Assembly (NCBI GenBank): GCA_051313645.2
Contig: JBNRSN020000069.1
Coordinates: forward strand, 372,001-436,000
Direction: 5' to 3'
DNA length: 64,000 bases
Origin: Centroscyllium fabricii
Taxonomy: Eukaryota
The notes under the pieces were generated by a model, which was not told where the DNA came from, did no database searches, and was given only the letters and a program-made list of their open reading frames with translations. Positions 38,183 through 51,986 of the stretch are shown here, piece after piece. The first letter of the stretch is position 1; each line of letters starts with the position of its first letter. A program made the position numbers and the translations under genes.

Positions 38183-38574
38183 TATGTTTAAATAGCAAGT
38201 CAGTCTGCGGGACAATGTGGGCCAAACAGTGTGAGGGCGTGAACTCTGATCATCGCTTCATTTAAATAAACCAGTTTGGGTCATTTAGTGAAACCAGCAG
38301 ATACAATAAGAGATGAATGAATGGCGAGTGTACATGAGTGTCGAGTTCAGCAGCAGGAGAAGAACAAGTAACACTATTGGCGAGAAGGTGAAGTGGTCCT
38401 TGAACTGTTTACACAATTAATTAGCTTCCCCCCCCCCCCCACCCCCCCGAAAAACATTAGGACGGCTCGCAAATAAACAACGCTGTGAGGCAATTAGATG
38501 CCCCATTAACAAACAGCAGCAACCGAAAGGTTAAAACAAAAAAGAGTTGTGTGGGCAATAACTGGTGTTGAAGA

Positions 38575-38765
38575 TGGCAAAATACTGCAAATCCTAAATA
38601 ACACCAGAAAATGCCAGAAAAACTCAGCAGGCCAGGCAACATCCGTGGAGAGAGAAACAGAGTCAACGTTTCTTGACAAAGGGTCTGAACCCGAAACGTT
38701 GACTCTGTTTCTCTCTCCACGGATGTTGCCTGGCCTGCTGAGTTATTCCAGCATTTTCTTTTGTT
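38575..38765. mobile_element. Penelope-like fold-back element, family B
   Basis: Near-perfect inverted arms around aagggtctgaacccgaaacgtt. Confidence 0.7.
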
Positions 38766-40557
38766 ATAACTGCTCTGGAATAACTCGCAGAAAGGGGAGA
38801 ACGGGAAGGTGCTTCTCCCGCTGTCTCCTTTTCTGAACCGCAGTCCTCATGTTCTCGTTAACTTGCCCCATACAGTCTGGATTTCACAAGGAGATTGTAT
38901 TCATGCCCAATGGCCTTGCAAACTCGTGCTAACTGTAGTAAATATAATCACAGTAAATGTCGTTACTATAGTGGGCGTTCTCTTTCTGTATTAGCCCAAT
39001 AGCTCGGCACCTTAACCAAGAATCTTTTGAAGAAAGTAGTTGCAAGTTTTAAACGGGATAGATAGCATTGCAAAGAGACGCGAGATTGCACGTCAATCAA
39101 CTTGCAATCATCAATATGAAAGCCTTTGCGGGTTTACCGCACATAAATACTAAAGGATGCGCAGCTATAACTAAATCGAAAACTTGAGTCCTTCAATCAA
39201 TAACAGGGAGTAATATATTTCAGCTTTTCACACTGTTGCGCCAAACAATTCAATGCTTTTTGAAAGGGGTTTAGTCACAACAGACAAACTTGCAGTGATA
39301 TCTGGATATTCATTTTTCCATGCTAGTGCAACGTCATTTTAGATCACAATGAAGCATATTTTCATAAAGCACTGGGTTCGTTATTGTTTTTTCAGAGGAA
39401 TACACAGCTCATCTCCTGAGTTGCTTCACTCCCCATTTCTGAGCTGGCGCCCTCTCTCAGCCAATGCAGACCAGTGGTCATCTCACCCCAGTTACCGCGC
39501 AGACATGCAGTCGAACTCCTCCTTCAAAGTACCGCAATCGCTCTTATCAAATAATGAAACAGCTCTTACATAATACCACCAGCTACTGCACATCTGGCAG
39601 TGAGAGTGGCAGAGCGTTTCTGCTGCAACTCAGTGAGAAGCAGGGGTTTGAACCTATTCACAGCCCCCAACTGCTATATTTAATTAGCCTTATAGCTTGT
39701 TCGGTGACATCAAACATTCAAAAGTTCGAATGTTCGACTATCTTTTACTGCCCCCCCCCCCCATTACTCATTGAGTAAATAACGTATTGTGAAAATCGGA
39801 AACGACTAAACATCGAACTTTGGCATTTATGTAATCGCTACCAAGGACACTCGAATGCCAGCCGTGTTCTACCCCACCCCCTTACAATTCAGAATATCTT
39901 TTCAAGCCCCATCGCCATTCTGCTAGCAATGAACATCAGCCCCTGGGACAATAATATTATATTCGAAGACAACACATCAGCAAGTTGATTGAGGCGAATG
40001 TCTGAAGAATTGTAGAACATTCTAAATGGCTAAGGAACTGTAAAACATTTAGTTCCTAAGTGCTAATAAAATCTTAACATCGCAGATCGCTAATAAACAG
40101 TATCATAATTAATGATAGAATTTCAGAACTAAATAAAACACTGCTCAGGTCTTAGTACAAATAGATTAGCTCAGAACCCGCTTTTTAAACAGATTTGAGA
40201 CAGTACTGACTATTGACAGTACTGTATAAATATTTCTGCATTTTTTTTTTCAGTTGACTGAACGCATTTTATTACATATTTTGTCTAATGACTAAAGGCA
40301 TTAGACACAATCTTTATGAAACCGGCTTCCATAACTAATATGGCCCACTAAAAAAAGAAAGCCCACCTACATTTGGACCCCACTGGTTCACGTAAATAGC
40401 TCAATAACCGTTGATTTACTGCAAAATGTACTTTTCAAATCTTTACATGGGAATGCTGGTGTATCGAAGGCGGCTGATACACTTCAGAAAATATTACAGA
40501 GCGGCTGGATTCACACACATACTCCCAACAATCCCGAACAGCTTTATATTAGAATGT

Positions 40558-40648
40558 GGACACTTCACCTGAGGAAGGAGCAGCTGCTCCGAAAGCTTGT
40601 GATTTAAAATAAAACTGTTGGACGATAACCTGGTGTTGTGTGACTTCG
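40558..40648 (+). mobile_element. Penelope-like family A single arm with intact hammerhead core
   Basis: tcac-CTGAGGA-A-GGAGC-agct-GCTCC-GAAA-GC-TT-gtga; 17-bp TSD agctttatattagaatg. Confidence 0.75.
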
Positions 40649-43414
40649 AGCTTTATATTAGAATGGCCTTTAGCCGAGGAACAGAGAAAATATATATAAC
40701 TAAGCATCATATTTGCAAGTTGCGAATGCAATATAAGACAATGGAATTAATATGACTGGAAGGTAATGCTCTGCCAGTTTTATATGCATAAATAGGATAG
40801 TGTTAGGTTTTTCAACAGTAAGTTGGAGGCGATGGTCTATTTTATTCAGATTTGCATGGCACGGCACATTATCTTAATGAGTTGGTTTGGTAATCTCAGT
40901 TCACGAAGACGGTAGCCTAACATTTGCATATTTATCAATAATATATTTGTAATAGTTTCAGAGAAATCCGCCTCGATTAAACTAAATTGTTGTATTTTAA
41001 TGAACCTGACCAAATGAACAAGGCACTGCGGAAATTGCACATTCGGGATGGTCATTAAGCCAGTGCACCTACTCTTCGACCGACGCGCTGTATAATTTGT
41101 GCACTGAACGCTCAAATTCTCTGAAAGATATGAAATATTAAAAGCTGGAATCTACACGTCACTTCCTGCTTTTTTATAACCATTCAGAAAAAGTTTGCAA
41201 GGTTGTGGTTTCTGCAGCCAAACGAAATAGAATTCATGAATTACATTTATTGAAACATCCAAAAATGCTCAATCCTCGATCTTCAGTCACCAGGAACAGC
41301 CAGGACCTGCTCCTCAGTTTACGCACAGTTTGAGCTCATTTTTGTCAAAAGTTTCTCATTTCAAATCGCCAAAATCTTACTTGATTGGGGGGAAATTGCA
41401 ATAAAAACTGCTTAACGTCACATGCCTGTTTCTTTACACTTCCATCCCAGCTCACATCCAAATATATTCTCAGTTCAACACTTTTTTAAAATCTCTCCCC
41501 CACCCACCTCCTCCCAGCCCGGATGTTGCCATCTCTTTGCAAGGGTTGAACGCGGCGCCCTGTCTCCCCCCCACGTCCTTGAACAGAAGTGTGATTCTGC
41601 AGCCTCTCGGCGCCCCGGCCCTCGCAGGCTTTCGGAACTGGTCCGCAGGTCCTCTCCAAAACCCAGCGGGGGTGCCCCCGTGTCACCGGGACACTGCAGC
41701 CGAGGGTTATTGATAACCGTGTCCCTTGGATTTGCCCATTCTGACTTTAACGGTGCATACAGATATACTCACCGAAATCCGTGCCAAAAAAAGGGCACAT
41801 TTGTAGCATTTCGTGACATGTTGCAGCTCATAAAACGTCCACAGACAGCCAAAATCTCGTACATGCCCCAAGCAAAATATATCTGCATAATTTCAATTGG
41901 AAGATCTGCTGCTCAGCTCCTGTACCATTTTTTGAACTTTTTTTTTGGGGGGGTGGGGGTGATGCTTAAAATGGAATAGTTTGTCAGCAGGCAGATGATC
42001 GCTTGTCCGGGGTGGGGGTTGGGGGGGGGGGGGGGTCGCCTACAGTCAGCCGGAGAATGAGACCATTCGGTCTCCGGGCCAAAGGTAATCTCCAGTCCCC
42101 CTTTGGCCCATCCTTGGGAGTTGAGCAGAAAGATCAGAGACCCCCTCTCCCTCCGACCCCCCACTCGCCCCCTCCACTCCACCCCATTCCTCTCCGTCTG
42201 GCTTTTCCCCCAAAACGGTTCGCCGGGAAAAAAAACTAAAAGCCTCCATCCCTGGCCGCGGGGGCAGGCAGCTCGTGTTTCGGCCAGTATATCCTCGCAT
42301 TTGGAAATGCTGCTTGCATTTGAATAGCGCTGGCTTGTTATGTATCTCGATGGCATGAAAAGAGAATCAGTATGCAAATTGCTTCAGTTACAATCGAAAG
42401 GTTCGATCTGAAGTGGACGCTCACGGAAGTGGATGTCAGCTATCTCTGCATTAGCCGAGATAGATCTGCCCAGTGATGCAGCGAGTTAAAAATTCTTGTT
42501 AATTAAAACAACGAGCGAGCTTGCAACATGACTGCTCTCGCCCTCCCCCCGTGATCAGCCCCTTTAACACAATTATTATTCTGCAGGTGTTATTTGATGG
42601 CTTGTAATGAGTGTTTGTGCAATCCCACCAGGCTAAGTGCTTGCAGTGAGGACCTGGGCACCAGCTTCAGATCACAGAGCCCCCCCCCCCCCCCCCCCCT
42701 ACACCGCAGTCTCCACATCCAAGCGTTTACCGATCAATACATGCAAGGAATTAACTTGGAGAAAGAGAGATGTGTAGCTGCGGTTTAACGGTGTATCCCA
42801 GGCAAATATATAGATAGCACCGTCTTACGTCAGTTCTACCTGGATCACCCGCTGATACCCGGGGTAAAAGAAAGATGGTTTTGATTGCGGTAACGTGCTG
42901 TCTGTTCCGACTGCTATAGGTTAAAACTGCCCCTCTTTTGACCCTTCTCGCTGCAAAGCTAGACATGATCTGACATTCCAGCTGTAATATCGGTGGGCTT
43001 GGGCAGAAGACAAGCGGGCGGACGTTTGAAGGGTTATCATTAATGGTGATTTTGGATTTGTTTTGTCATTTTTAGGAATGAAGATTTTTTTTTAGATCTG
43101 AAAGCACAATGTAAACCCCCGGCCGCTGCCGTGTCTCTCACCGAAAGTGATATTTAATTGATCCACCTTCTTTAAAATCGCATTGGCTCGGCTCCCAGGG
43201 CCATTAATACCCAAACCGCGCCTCACAACAGCTTCCCAGAGATGCGCCGTGTTTTGAATGGGACCAGATGACCGGGGCTTTCAGCGAAAACAACCCGGGC
43301 AGCACCAAGCCTAAAAAAACAACATATTTAACAGAAACTTTTCGATTCTGAACTCACCTTTTGCGGATATTAATCCACAAGCTGGCCTACAGTTCCCTAT
43401 CCTTTGAAATACAT

Positions 43415-43680
43415 AATGTGGAGGTGCCGGTGTTGGACTGGGGTGGACAAATGCAAGAAGTCACACAACACCAGGTTATAGTCCAACAGTTTTATTTTAA
43501 ATCACAAGCTTTCGGAGCTTCTACCCCTTCGTCAAGTGAAAGAGAGACTGACTTAAAGAACGCACATACGTGCGTTCTTTAAGTCAGTCTCTCTTTCACC
43601 TGACGAAGGGGCAAAAGCTCCGAAAGCTTGTGATTTAAAATAAAACTGTTGGACTATAATCTGGTGTTGTGTGACTTCTT
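43415..43680. mobile_element. Penelope-like family A fold-back (about 110-bp arms, 4-nt loop)
   Basis: Hairpin centred on gaacgcac-atac-gtgcgttc; hammerhead at 43600-43629; TSD ctttgaaataca. Confidence 0.8.
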
Positions 43681-45286
43681 TGAAATACAGTTGTTGGTTT
43701 AGATAGACAGTAAAATTATTGGACAATATATATAAAAATAGATATCCACCCTGCAGTGATTTGTGAAATGTGCAATTGTCAGCAAGTTCCTTCTATGTTC
43801 TCTTTCAAGTTTCAGATTTCTTTTATTCAGCCCATTTTGTGTTTTAATGCTGAGCAAATCTTCATTTGGCGTGGAACCTTGCGCAGTGGTGCGCCGTGCT
43901 TACAATGTTGTAGCAGAATAGCAGAGCGCCGACTTCCATTCGACTTGTCTAATTGATCAGGGAGAATTCTTCAAACCCCTGCCGTGTATCTATTGACAGC
44001 TGACTTTATTCATACGGGACGTGCTTAGCTGACAGTCCCCCCCCCCCCCCCAGTATGCGTCTCCGATTTGCCCACGCCACCAAAATCATTTGGGCTATAC
44101 ACCTTAGCAACCTTGCAATCCATTTTGCTTCTAATAAAACGGGAATCTAATTCATTTGGAACATAACGCAAACCAATTGATGGGGGTGGGAGAGGGGCCC
44201 CTTTGCAGTGAGGCTGATTTTGACAGGGGAGCGGTCAAGGTGCTTTGCTGTCTCTGTGATGATCTTCCGGGCTCGCTTGCTGCAGAAGAAGCTTACGGCT
44301 AGTCTAAGCTGACCATCTGTCATTCAATTAACGTTTCAAGGCAGCTGATCTGTAACCAGGAGGGTCAGCGACCCTAGGACAAACCCAATGCTGCCAGAGA
44401 AAAGGCGACAAAGTTCAAATGTTAAACGCCCGGCACTTTACAGAATGTGGACAGCCCAGGAAATTTGCCTATGTGAAGCTTGCATCGAGGTCTCCCCGGA
44501 GTCAACACCCAGATTTCGATTTAAAGATGTCGGCATACTTACAGCATTTTCTTCTGAAAACCCCCCAAACACTCTTAGCGAACAATAGAATTAACAGGGG
44601 CTGGGATTTGCTCAATGTCACGTTTGAAGTTGTATCAGTTCTTCTGGAGATGGGAGTAGATTTGAGCAAAATTCTTCCCCCCTCCCCCTCGTTACTGTAA
44701 AGTTACGCAAATTTCTTTTGAGGTGATTTCTTACTGCAGGGATATTCTAAAGCGACTGGAAATTAATGAAAGTGACTCCATTGATTTGTCAGTAAGCGGC
44801 ACAATTTACCGCCACCTCATCATAATCATAATTCATAACCCCCTCCCATTCATGATTACATTTTCGGAATTTCCAATTTCTCATTCTATAAATCCCAAGC
44901 AGTCAAACTTACCCGGAATATGAAACAACGCCTTGAATAGCGAGAATTTTGATTACAGTTTGCAACTTGGCTATGTTGGTATCGTAAATTCATGCTTGGA
45001 ATGTCATCCTATACACAATTTAAAAAAATCAGATATTCTCTATCTCTTAAAATGTACACACAGACTATAGAAATGCAGCTCTAATGAGTTATCTAAAGGT
45101 TTCACTCGGAAGACAGGACAAATTGAGCCTCACTATGCTAATTTAACCATTATAAATATTTCACTAGCGTCCTCATTGGAGCAGGTATGATTGGGCTCCT
45201 TTCTAAACACGTGTAATCTGTAGCCACAGTTCATCTGCATCCCTGTACTTTGAGGAACGTTCGCTTCTATCTAGATTTGTTCGAGA

Positions 45287-45662
45287 AACATGGAAGATAG
45301 GAGCAGGAGTAGGCCATTCAGCCCTTCGAGCCTGCTCCACCATTCAATGAGATCATGGCTGATCACCCAAACCCAGCACCCCGCCCCTGCCCTGTCCCCA
45401 TATCCCTCAATCCCTATCAAGCCTCCATCAACACATATCCCACCCTAACCCCGTAACCCCACATATTCAACCCCCCTAACACTAAGGGTCCATTTATCCT
45501 GGCCAATCAACCTAACCCGCACATCTTTGGACTGTGGGAGGAAACCGGAGCACCCGGAGGAAACCCACGCAGACACGGGGAGAATGTGCAAACTCCACAC
45601 AGATAGTACCCGAGGCTGGATTTGAACCCGGGTCTCCAGTGCTGTGAGGCAACAATGCCACC
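45287..45662 (-). mobile_element. HE1-type V-SINE
   Basis: Matches other HE1 copies. Confidence 0.92.
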
Positions 45663-48156
45663 GTTCTGTCCTACACCCGGATACAAACACTGCAGGTAGA
45701 AAGCGGATTGATATTCTAGCGAAATAACGCAATTTCTACGTCGGATCGATTGCCCACGAATTTTAACCTTTTAATCATAATTTTCGTTTTAGATCCCAAG
45801 AAAGTGAACCCTTCTCCCCAGCAACATATTTTCAAGTCCCATCCTTCAAGTGTTGAGGCATATAACTATTAATATTCTGAAATATAACTGCTGTTCGGGA
45901 ATGTGTAGGGATATTATTCAGAGCTTAATAGCTTCTGAAGATACTGAAAAATCAGCAGAAATTATTTCAGGTCACGTGGAGGGTCTAAGCTAGTTTCCTG
46001 TCATAAAATCCATCCTGATTCAATCATCTTTCACCTCCAATTCTCAGCATTGTTAGAATGGTAATGCGGATTCCTTTTAAGCACCTTCGCATTTAAACTT
46101 GGACAGCTTCACAATCCGCAGAAGAACCATTTCTGCTGATCGTGGAGCCAAACTGGAGCCAGAGCTGAACGCTGCCTCTGACCACTTATTAAACGAGACT
46201 GACCCCAGCTCTTACTGACGTCACTTCCAATCCAAATGACACCATTTAGATACAATTTTATTGGAACAAACCGTTTATGACACCGAAGAACAAAGCCTAC
46301 ATTTCCGTTCTCAATTTCTATGGAAAGACGAAGTTCAAATACAAATCTATATATTAAACATTTTATAACTTTTTAGCAGAAACTGGTTCAGGAAAAACAA
46401 CAACATTACATGTGGCACTCACACTCGATTCCGATAGATCATGTGTGCACCCTTGTGAAATATTAATTTATCCCATTAGATTGGAAGGAAGCAAAGATTA
46501 GAAGCGACTTTTCCATGTGTCATAAGCTCTCGTTTTCACCTGCTCTGTCCCCTGTCCCATTCTAATAATGATTTGGCTTATGACAGGCAAGATAATTTTA
46601 CAGTTAGTCATGGAGCTAATAAAAACTTTCAGCACTCCGATTCAATAACACATTCTATGCTTAATTCAAAGTCACTTAGTTTGAATTATCTGATAATTCA
46701 TTTTTAAAGTACTGCGCGGGTACCTTTCTATGTTATTTATGCTGCTTCATTCAAATGACTGGATAATTCATTTTTTAAGGGCAACAGCAACTTTGCATTA
46801 TCAGAAGTAGACTGTATTTCAATCATTCGGATTAAGATTAGTTCTGCATTTAAAGTACAGCAGATACTAAACATTAGCAGTACCTTCAGTACTGCTGCAG
46901 TTTGATTCATTCATGGAGATAACAGCTTTCACTGAATCCCATGGCTGAGAGTAAGGACACCGTTACACTACAGGTTTGAGAACAATGCTTTGGTTACAGT
47001 GAAGCAGACCTGAGTTATAACATTGGCTCTGCATCACACTTCACTCAGAGAGAGTGAGATTTAACCCACAGGCATGGGACTCTGCTCAGCATTATCCAAA
47101 TTATGGTTCCTTTTTAATGTCAGCGCGGATGGGACATTTAGCTCTTTGCTAACATTAAAAAGATGAAACATTCAGCTGTTTGCCAGGCAACTATTTTTTT
47201 TAAAGGTTCCTTCACACTGCTTGCAGTTAGTTACTCAGTGAACCAAATTGCTATGAATATATCATGGTGAACAAGTTAGAACCATATTTAGACAACATAC
47301 TTTTCATCAATGCAAAGCCAAAACCTATTAAAAAAAATCTTAGCTTTAAGCTTGTTCAACCAAAATGATCACTTTAGGGATTTTGTTCCAGAGTCGTTAA
47401 TTAAGGATAAAGACACTGAAAATGGAACTGAAGTTGATGTTGTTCTGCAGTTGCAGCTAGCCATATCCTTCATGGGGTTAAAGGCCAGATAAGTGACAGC
47501 AACCATAAATAACAATTACATCAAGATTTTATTACAGTTAAAGGAACAAAATGGGATAAATGTTATATTTTGAATGAAAGAGCCCCCCCCCCCCCCAATT
47601 GAAACTATTATAAGATGAAGCTTCAGTATTCCCCACAGAGCAATGTGAGCTGCCTTTGACTTCTCTTCAGAGGCGGCCATATTGAAAATCTCACAGCACA
47701 AACAGAGATAGAAATATTTGGGTGGTTTCAGTTCAAAATAAAATGAGTTTGTAATTATCCACAGAGTCAGTTAAAATGTTTGTCACAGAACGTCAAAGTA
47801 ATTTAATATAAAGACAATGGGCTGAAACACAGTTTGCTTTAGAAGACGGAATCTATCAAAGCTCCCATTGTTTTCAAAGCTGGCATTTCTGGCACCGTAC
47901 AACCATTTCAGGCTGAAATGTAAAATAGCTTCAATAAAATTAATATTTCAAAACAAATTTCAATATTGTTAAATATTCTAATTAGCTACAAACCATGTAA
48001 AACTGTATAAAAACTGAACCTTCATCTTCATGGATATACCATTATGAACATTGCCTGTCATAAAATCTAACCATTGTTTCAGCTGTCCACCTCCAATTCA
48101 AGAGGTGTATTGTGTAATATATGATCTGTAAAGTATTCTGTAAAACAAGAGATGAT

Positions 48157-48526
48157 NNNNNNNNNNNNNNNNNNNNNNNNNNNNNNNNNNNNNNNNNNNN
48201 NNNNNNNNNNNNNNNNNNNNNNNNNNNNNNNNNNNNNNNNNNNNNNNNNNNNNNNNNNNNNNNNNNNNNNNNNNNNNNNNNNNNNNNNNNNNNNNNNNNN
48301 NNNNNNNNNNNNNNNNNNNNNNNNNNNNNNNNNNNNNNNNNNNNNNNNNNNNNNNNNNNNNNNNNNNNNNNNNNNNNNNNNNNNNNNNNNNNNNNNNNNN
48401 NNNNNNNNNNNNNNNNNNNNNNNNNNNNNNNNNNNNNNNNNNNNNNNNNNNNNNNNNNNNNNNNNNNNNNNNNNNNNNNNNNNNNNNNNNNNNNNNNNNN
48501 NNNNNNNNNNNNNNNNNNNNNNNNNN
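48157..48526. other. Assembly gap
   Basis: Run of N. Confidence 1.
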
Positions 48527-50585
48527 GAACATAAGAAATAGGAGCAGGCGTAGGCCATACGGCCCCTCGAGCCTGCCCCACCGTTCAATAAGATCATGGC
48601 GCACCATACAGCATAATAGGAAAAAAGACTGGTGTACAAGAAAGATATATTGCAGTTCACTTCAAATACAAACACGACTCTTTGCAAACCTAGACCAAAG
48701 ATCCATCATTTAACAGTTTTTTGATGGCAGTAATTAGACTCATTAGGCAATACATACTGCAGCCTCAGACCCGTCCTTGGGCGTCTTTTATACTTTTAAA
48801 CTCAATGTCAATTTTTCGTATTGAGAATCTAGTAAAGTATGGCAAAGAATGAATGGCTAGATCTACTAAAAGTGCATATGCGTGTTTCTTCTCAGGTTTC
48901 TATTTAATGTGTGTGCACAGACATTCAAAGCTTTCAAAGATGATTTATCAAGTTTGTTTTAGAGTGCATGTTATTAATAATGTGTGTCCATTCATACCGG
49001 CCTACAGGTTTCACAGGAAAAATAGCAAGTACAACATATACAATTACATTTGCTTTTTGGGACTTGACAGCAATAACTTATCTCCTTTGTCGCAACTGTG
49101 TTTGTGCAAACTTGTCTTGATATGTTATAATCCATTTCATTGCACTTAATATCTGGACATATTCTGTTACAGACTGCAGCCATTCTGGTTGTCATTGTGG
49201 TACTAACAATGATAACCTGAGGTGACTGAGGCTTTTTGATGTCATGGAAACTGATTTATACATCAATTAATGGCATAAAATGAGCACTCAAGGTGCGCCA
49301 AATTCAAATCAGCAGGTAGAATTTAAAACATACTCATTATTTTTGGGATATCTGATTAATCCTCAGTTCTACAAGCCATAAGCCAAAGCTTGCCTTTGAA
49401 TGCAAAATTCTACATGTTTGCGCGTAACTATGCTGCACAACACTGTGGATATTTAACACTTGTACCTGCACGTGCATTGCGCTTTATGTATTTTTCATTG
49501 TATCATAATTTATATCATGGGATAATGTAAAGATGGTATTACTGATTATTATGATATTCAGAACTAGGACATTAATGGAGTCTTGCCATCAAGGCACCTT
49601 TAAAAACAACCATTTGAAAAGATTAGCAACAAGTTTGACATCTCTTTGATATATTTTTTTTAATCGTGAGTGCTCATGACATAGGTTGGGGTGGGGGAAG
49701 CTTGGAGGAGTGACCGAGCCTAGCCGGAACACTGAATTTGTTTCCACAGTGTTGAAGCGGCAGTACCCTGGGTTAATGACGGTATCAACTGCTGTTAATT
49801 CAGCTCCCTTACACTGTCAAAATCAGTAAACCTTTCAATCCAGTCTCTCTAATAAAAAGATAGAAAATGATCAAATATTTGTTGAAGTTAATAGTCATTT
49901 CTAAAAGGGACCCTGCTTCATGAGGTTCCCTCGATAAGCTGACTTAACGTTTAACATGACATTCAGAAGTAATTAATGGAGTAAATCCTAACACTATATT
50001 TTATAATCATTACTTCATTCAATTCAGTAAAGGCATTTTGATTTGTCCCCACCCATTACACCCAACTGCTGTATAGTCTGCAGGTCAACTTATGCAACTG
50101 AGCATAAAGATTTTGAATACTCAAACTTAAATCAGCTACTTGCAAAACAGTGATCCCTTACATTAAGCATCATAAAGGCCATTAACAAATTGGAGTCAGG
50201 TTTGAATGGGATAAACTACTCAATATTTACAAGATTTGTAAAAGTCTATAGGAAAAATCAATGCATTCTTTGCAGGATAAGATGAATAGGAAGTACAGAC
50301 CATGGGATGAAAATAAATGATTTGAAAGAGAATTATGGCAAAGACACGGGCTTTGTATGTGGACAAGTCTAACATACATAGGGACAGGCAGATGCTGTGA
50401 AGCATTCAATATTCCCTTTCATTGTTTCTTTGAATAGTGCTGCTGATATTCTCACCATTGTACTCTACACATTTCATTGTGATTTATTTTCCTTTATTAG
50501 TTTATTTCTTCTGGTTTTACAGATTTAAGGTGTAAAAATGATAATCTTCCAAAAATGCCTAACTTTGGGTGACTGGTTTTCACAT

Positions 50586-50980
50586 ATAGAAACATAGAAG
50601 CAGGAATAGGCCATTCGGCCCTTCGAGCCTGCTCCACCATTAAATGAGATCATGGCTGATCATCCAAACCCAGTATCCTGTCCCTGTCCCGTCCCCATAT
50701 CCCTCGATCCCTATCAAGCCTGCACCGACACATATCCCACCCTATCCCCGTAACCCCACATATTTAATCCCCCTAACACTAAGGGTCAATTTATCATGGC
50801 CAATCAACCTAACCCGCACATCTTTGGACTGTGGGAGGGAACCGGAGCACCCGGAGGAAACCCACGCAGACACGGGGAGAACGTGCAAACTCCACACAGA
50901 TAGTACCCGAGGCTGGATTTGAACCCTGGTCTCCAGTGCTGTGAGACAACAGTGCTAACCACTATGCCACCGTGCTGCCC
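50586..50980 (-). mobile_element. HE1-type V-SINE
   Basis: Matches other HE1 copies. Confidence 0.92.
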
Positions 50981-51485
50981 TTTAAAGATTGTGAAAAAAA
51001 ATTACTGTAATTTTTTTTTATGAGCTTTAAATTTCTTACGATTTGAAAAATTCATCTAATTCCCCTATGCTGACTAATAAAAATCACTAAAATTATTAAT
51101 GTCTGAGTCTGAAACTTCTATTCCTAGGCAGCTAATGGGCACAATATGATGTCCTAAAAACTGAAAATGTATTATTTAGAATCTTGAAGAAAGAGATGAA
51201 CAATTTCATTAAATTTGAGTGAGTTATAGCTTGCATAATATGGATAAGATTGACTACTTTCCACTAAATCAGTTGGTATAATATTTGCTGTTAGAACTGG
51301 AAGATTATTGCTCACTAATGTCTCAACTGGACAGCACCAAGCAGTGCAGTATCAATGGATTTTTGAAAGTGATGTGAATGGGCAGTCAAGTTGTTTGGTT
51401 GCATCACACCTGGTGAGATGATAGCAGTCCATGCATAAGTAGTTAAGTGCTCACAGACCTCAATCCGCCAGGGAAATATATACTA

Positions 51486-51967
51486 CAGGTCCGACACCAT
51501 TAATCCAGCATGGTTGGGACCAGGCCGGTGCCAGATTAGTGAAAAATCTGAATGATTGAAGCTTCAGCGAGCGCATGCGCAGACCATCCAAAATGGCCAC
51601 CACGAAGGCCGGTGGCCATTTTGAATGATCTGCGCATGTGCTCGCCGAAGCATTAATCGTTCGAGGAGAGGCCCGGGCATGCGCAGCCAAGCACGGCGGC
51701 CATTTTGCGCATGTGCAGCCAAGCGCGGTGGCCATTTTGCACATCCGTAGATCAGTCGGGCAGTTGGAGAGAGGCCCGGGCATGTGCAGCCAAGCGCGGT
51801 GGCCATTTTGCGCATCCGTAGATCAGTCGGGCAGTTGGAGAGAGGCCCGGGCATGTGCAGCCAAGCGCGGTAGCCATTTTGCGCATGCGCAGACCAGTCG
51901 GCCAGATTCATTCTGGACAACTGAAGTTTCTGGATTACTGGTGTCCGGATTAACGGTGCTCAACCTG
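51486..51967. mobile_element. Tigger/pogo-like MITE with an internal 71-bp tandem repeat
   Basis: TA|caggtccgacaccattaatcc ... ggattaacggtgctcaacctg|TA (imperfect TIR, TA TSD). Confidence 0.7.
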
Positions 51968-51986
51968 TACTACATACTGCACATAC

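Noticed and set aside
41422-41979. 185-aa ORF upstream of ONECUT1
   Set aside because: No recognisable domain; probably chance in GC-rich regulatory DNA.
48042-48687. ORFs spanning the 48.2-48.5 kb region
   Set aside because: Artifacts of the N gap plus a CR1/SINE tail.
51665-51890. CRISPR-like repeat array
   Set aside because: Tandem units lack unique spacers, lie inside a eukaryotic MITE, and no cas genes are present.
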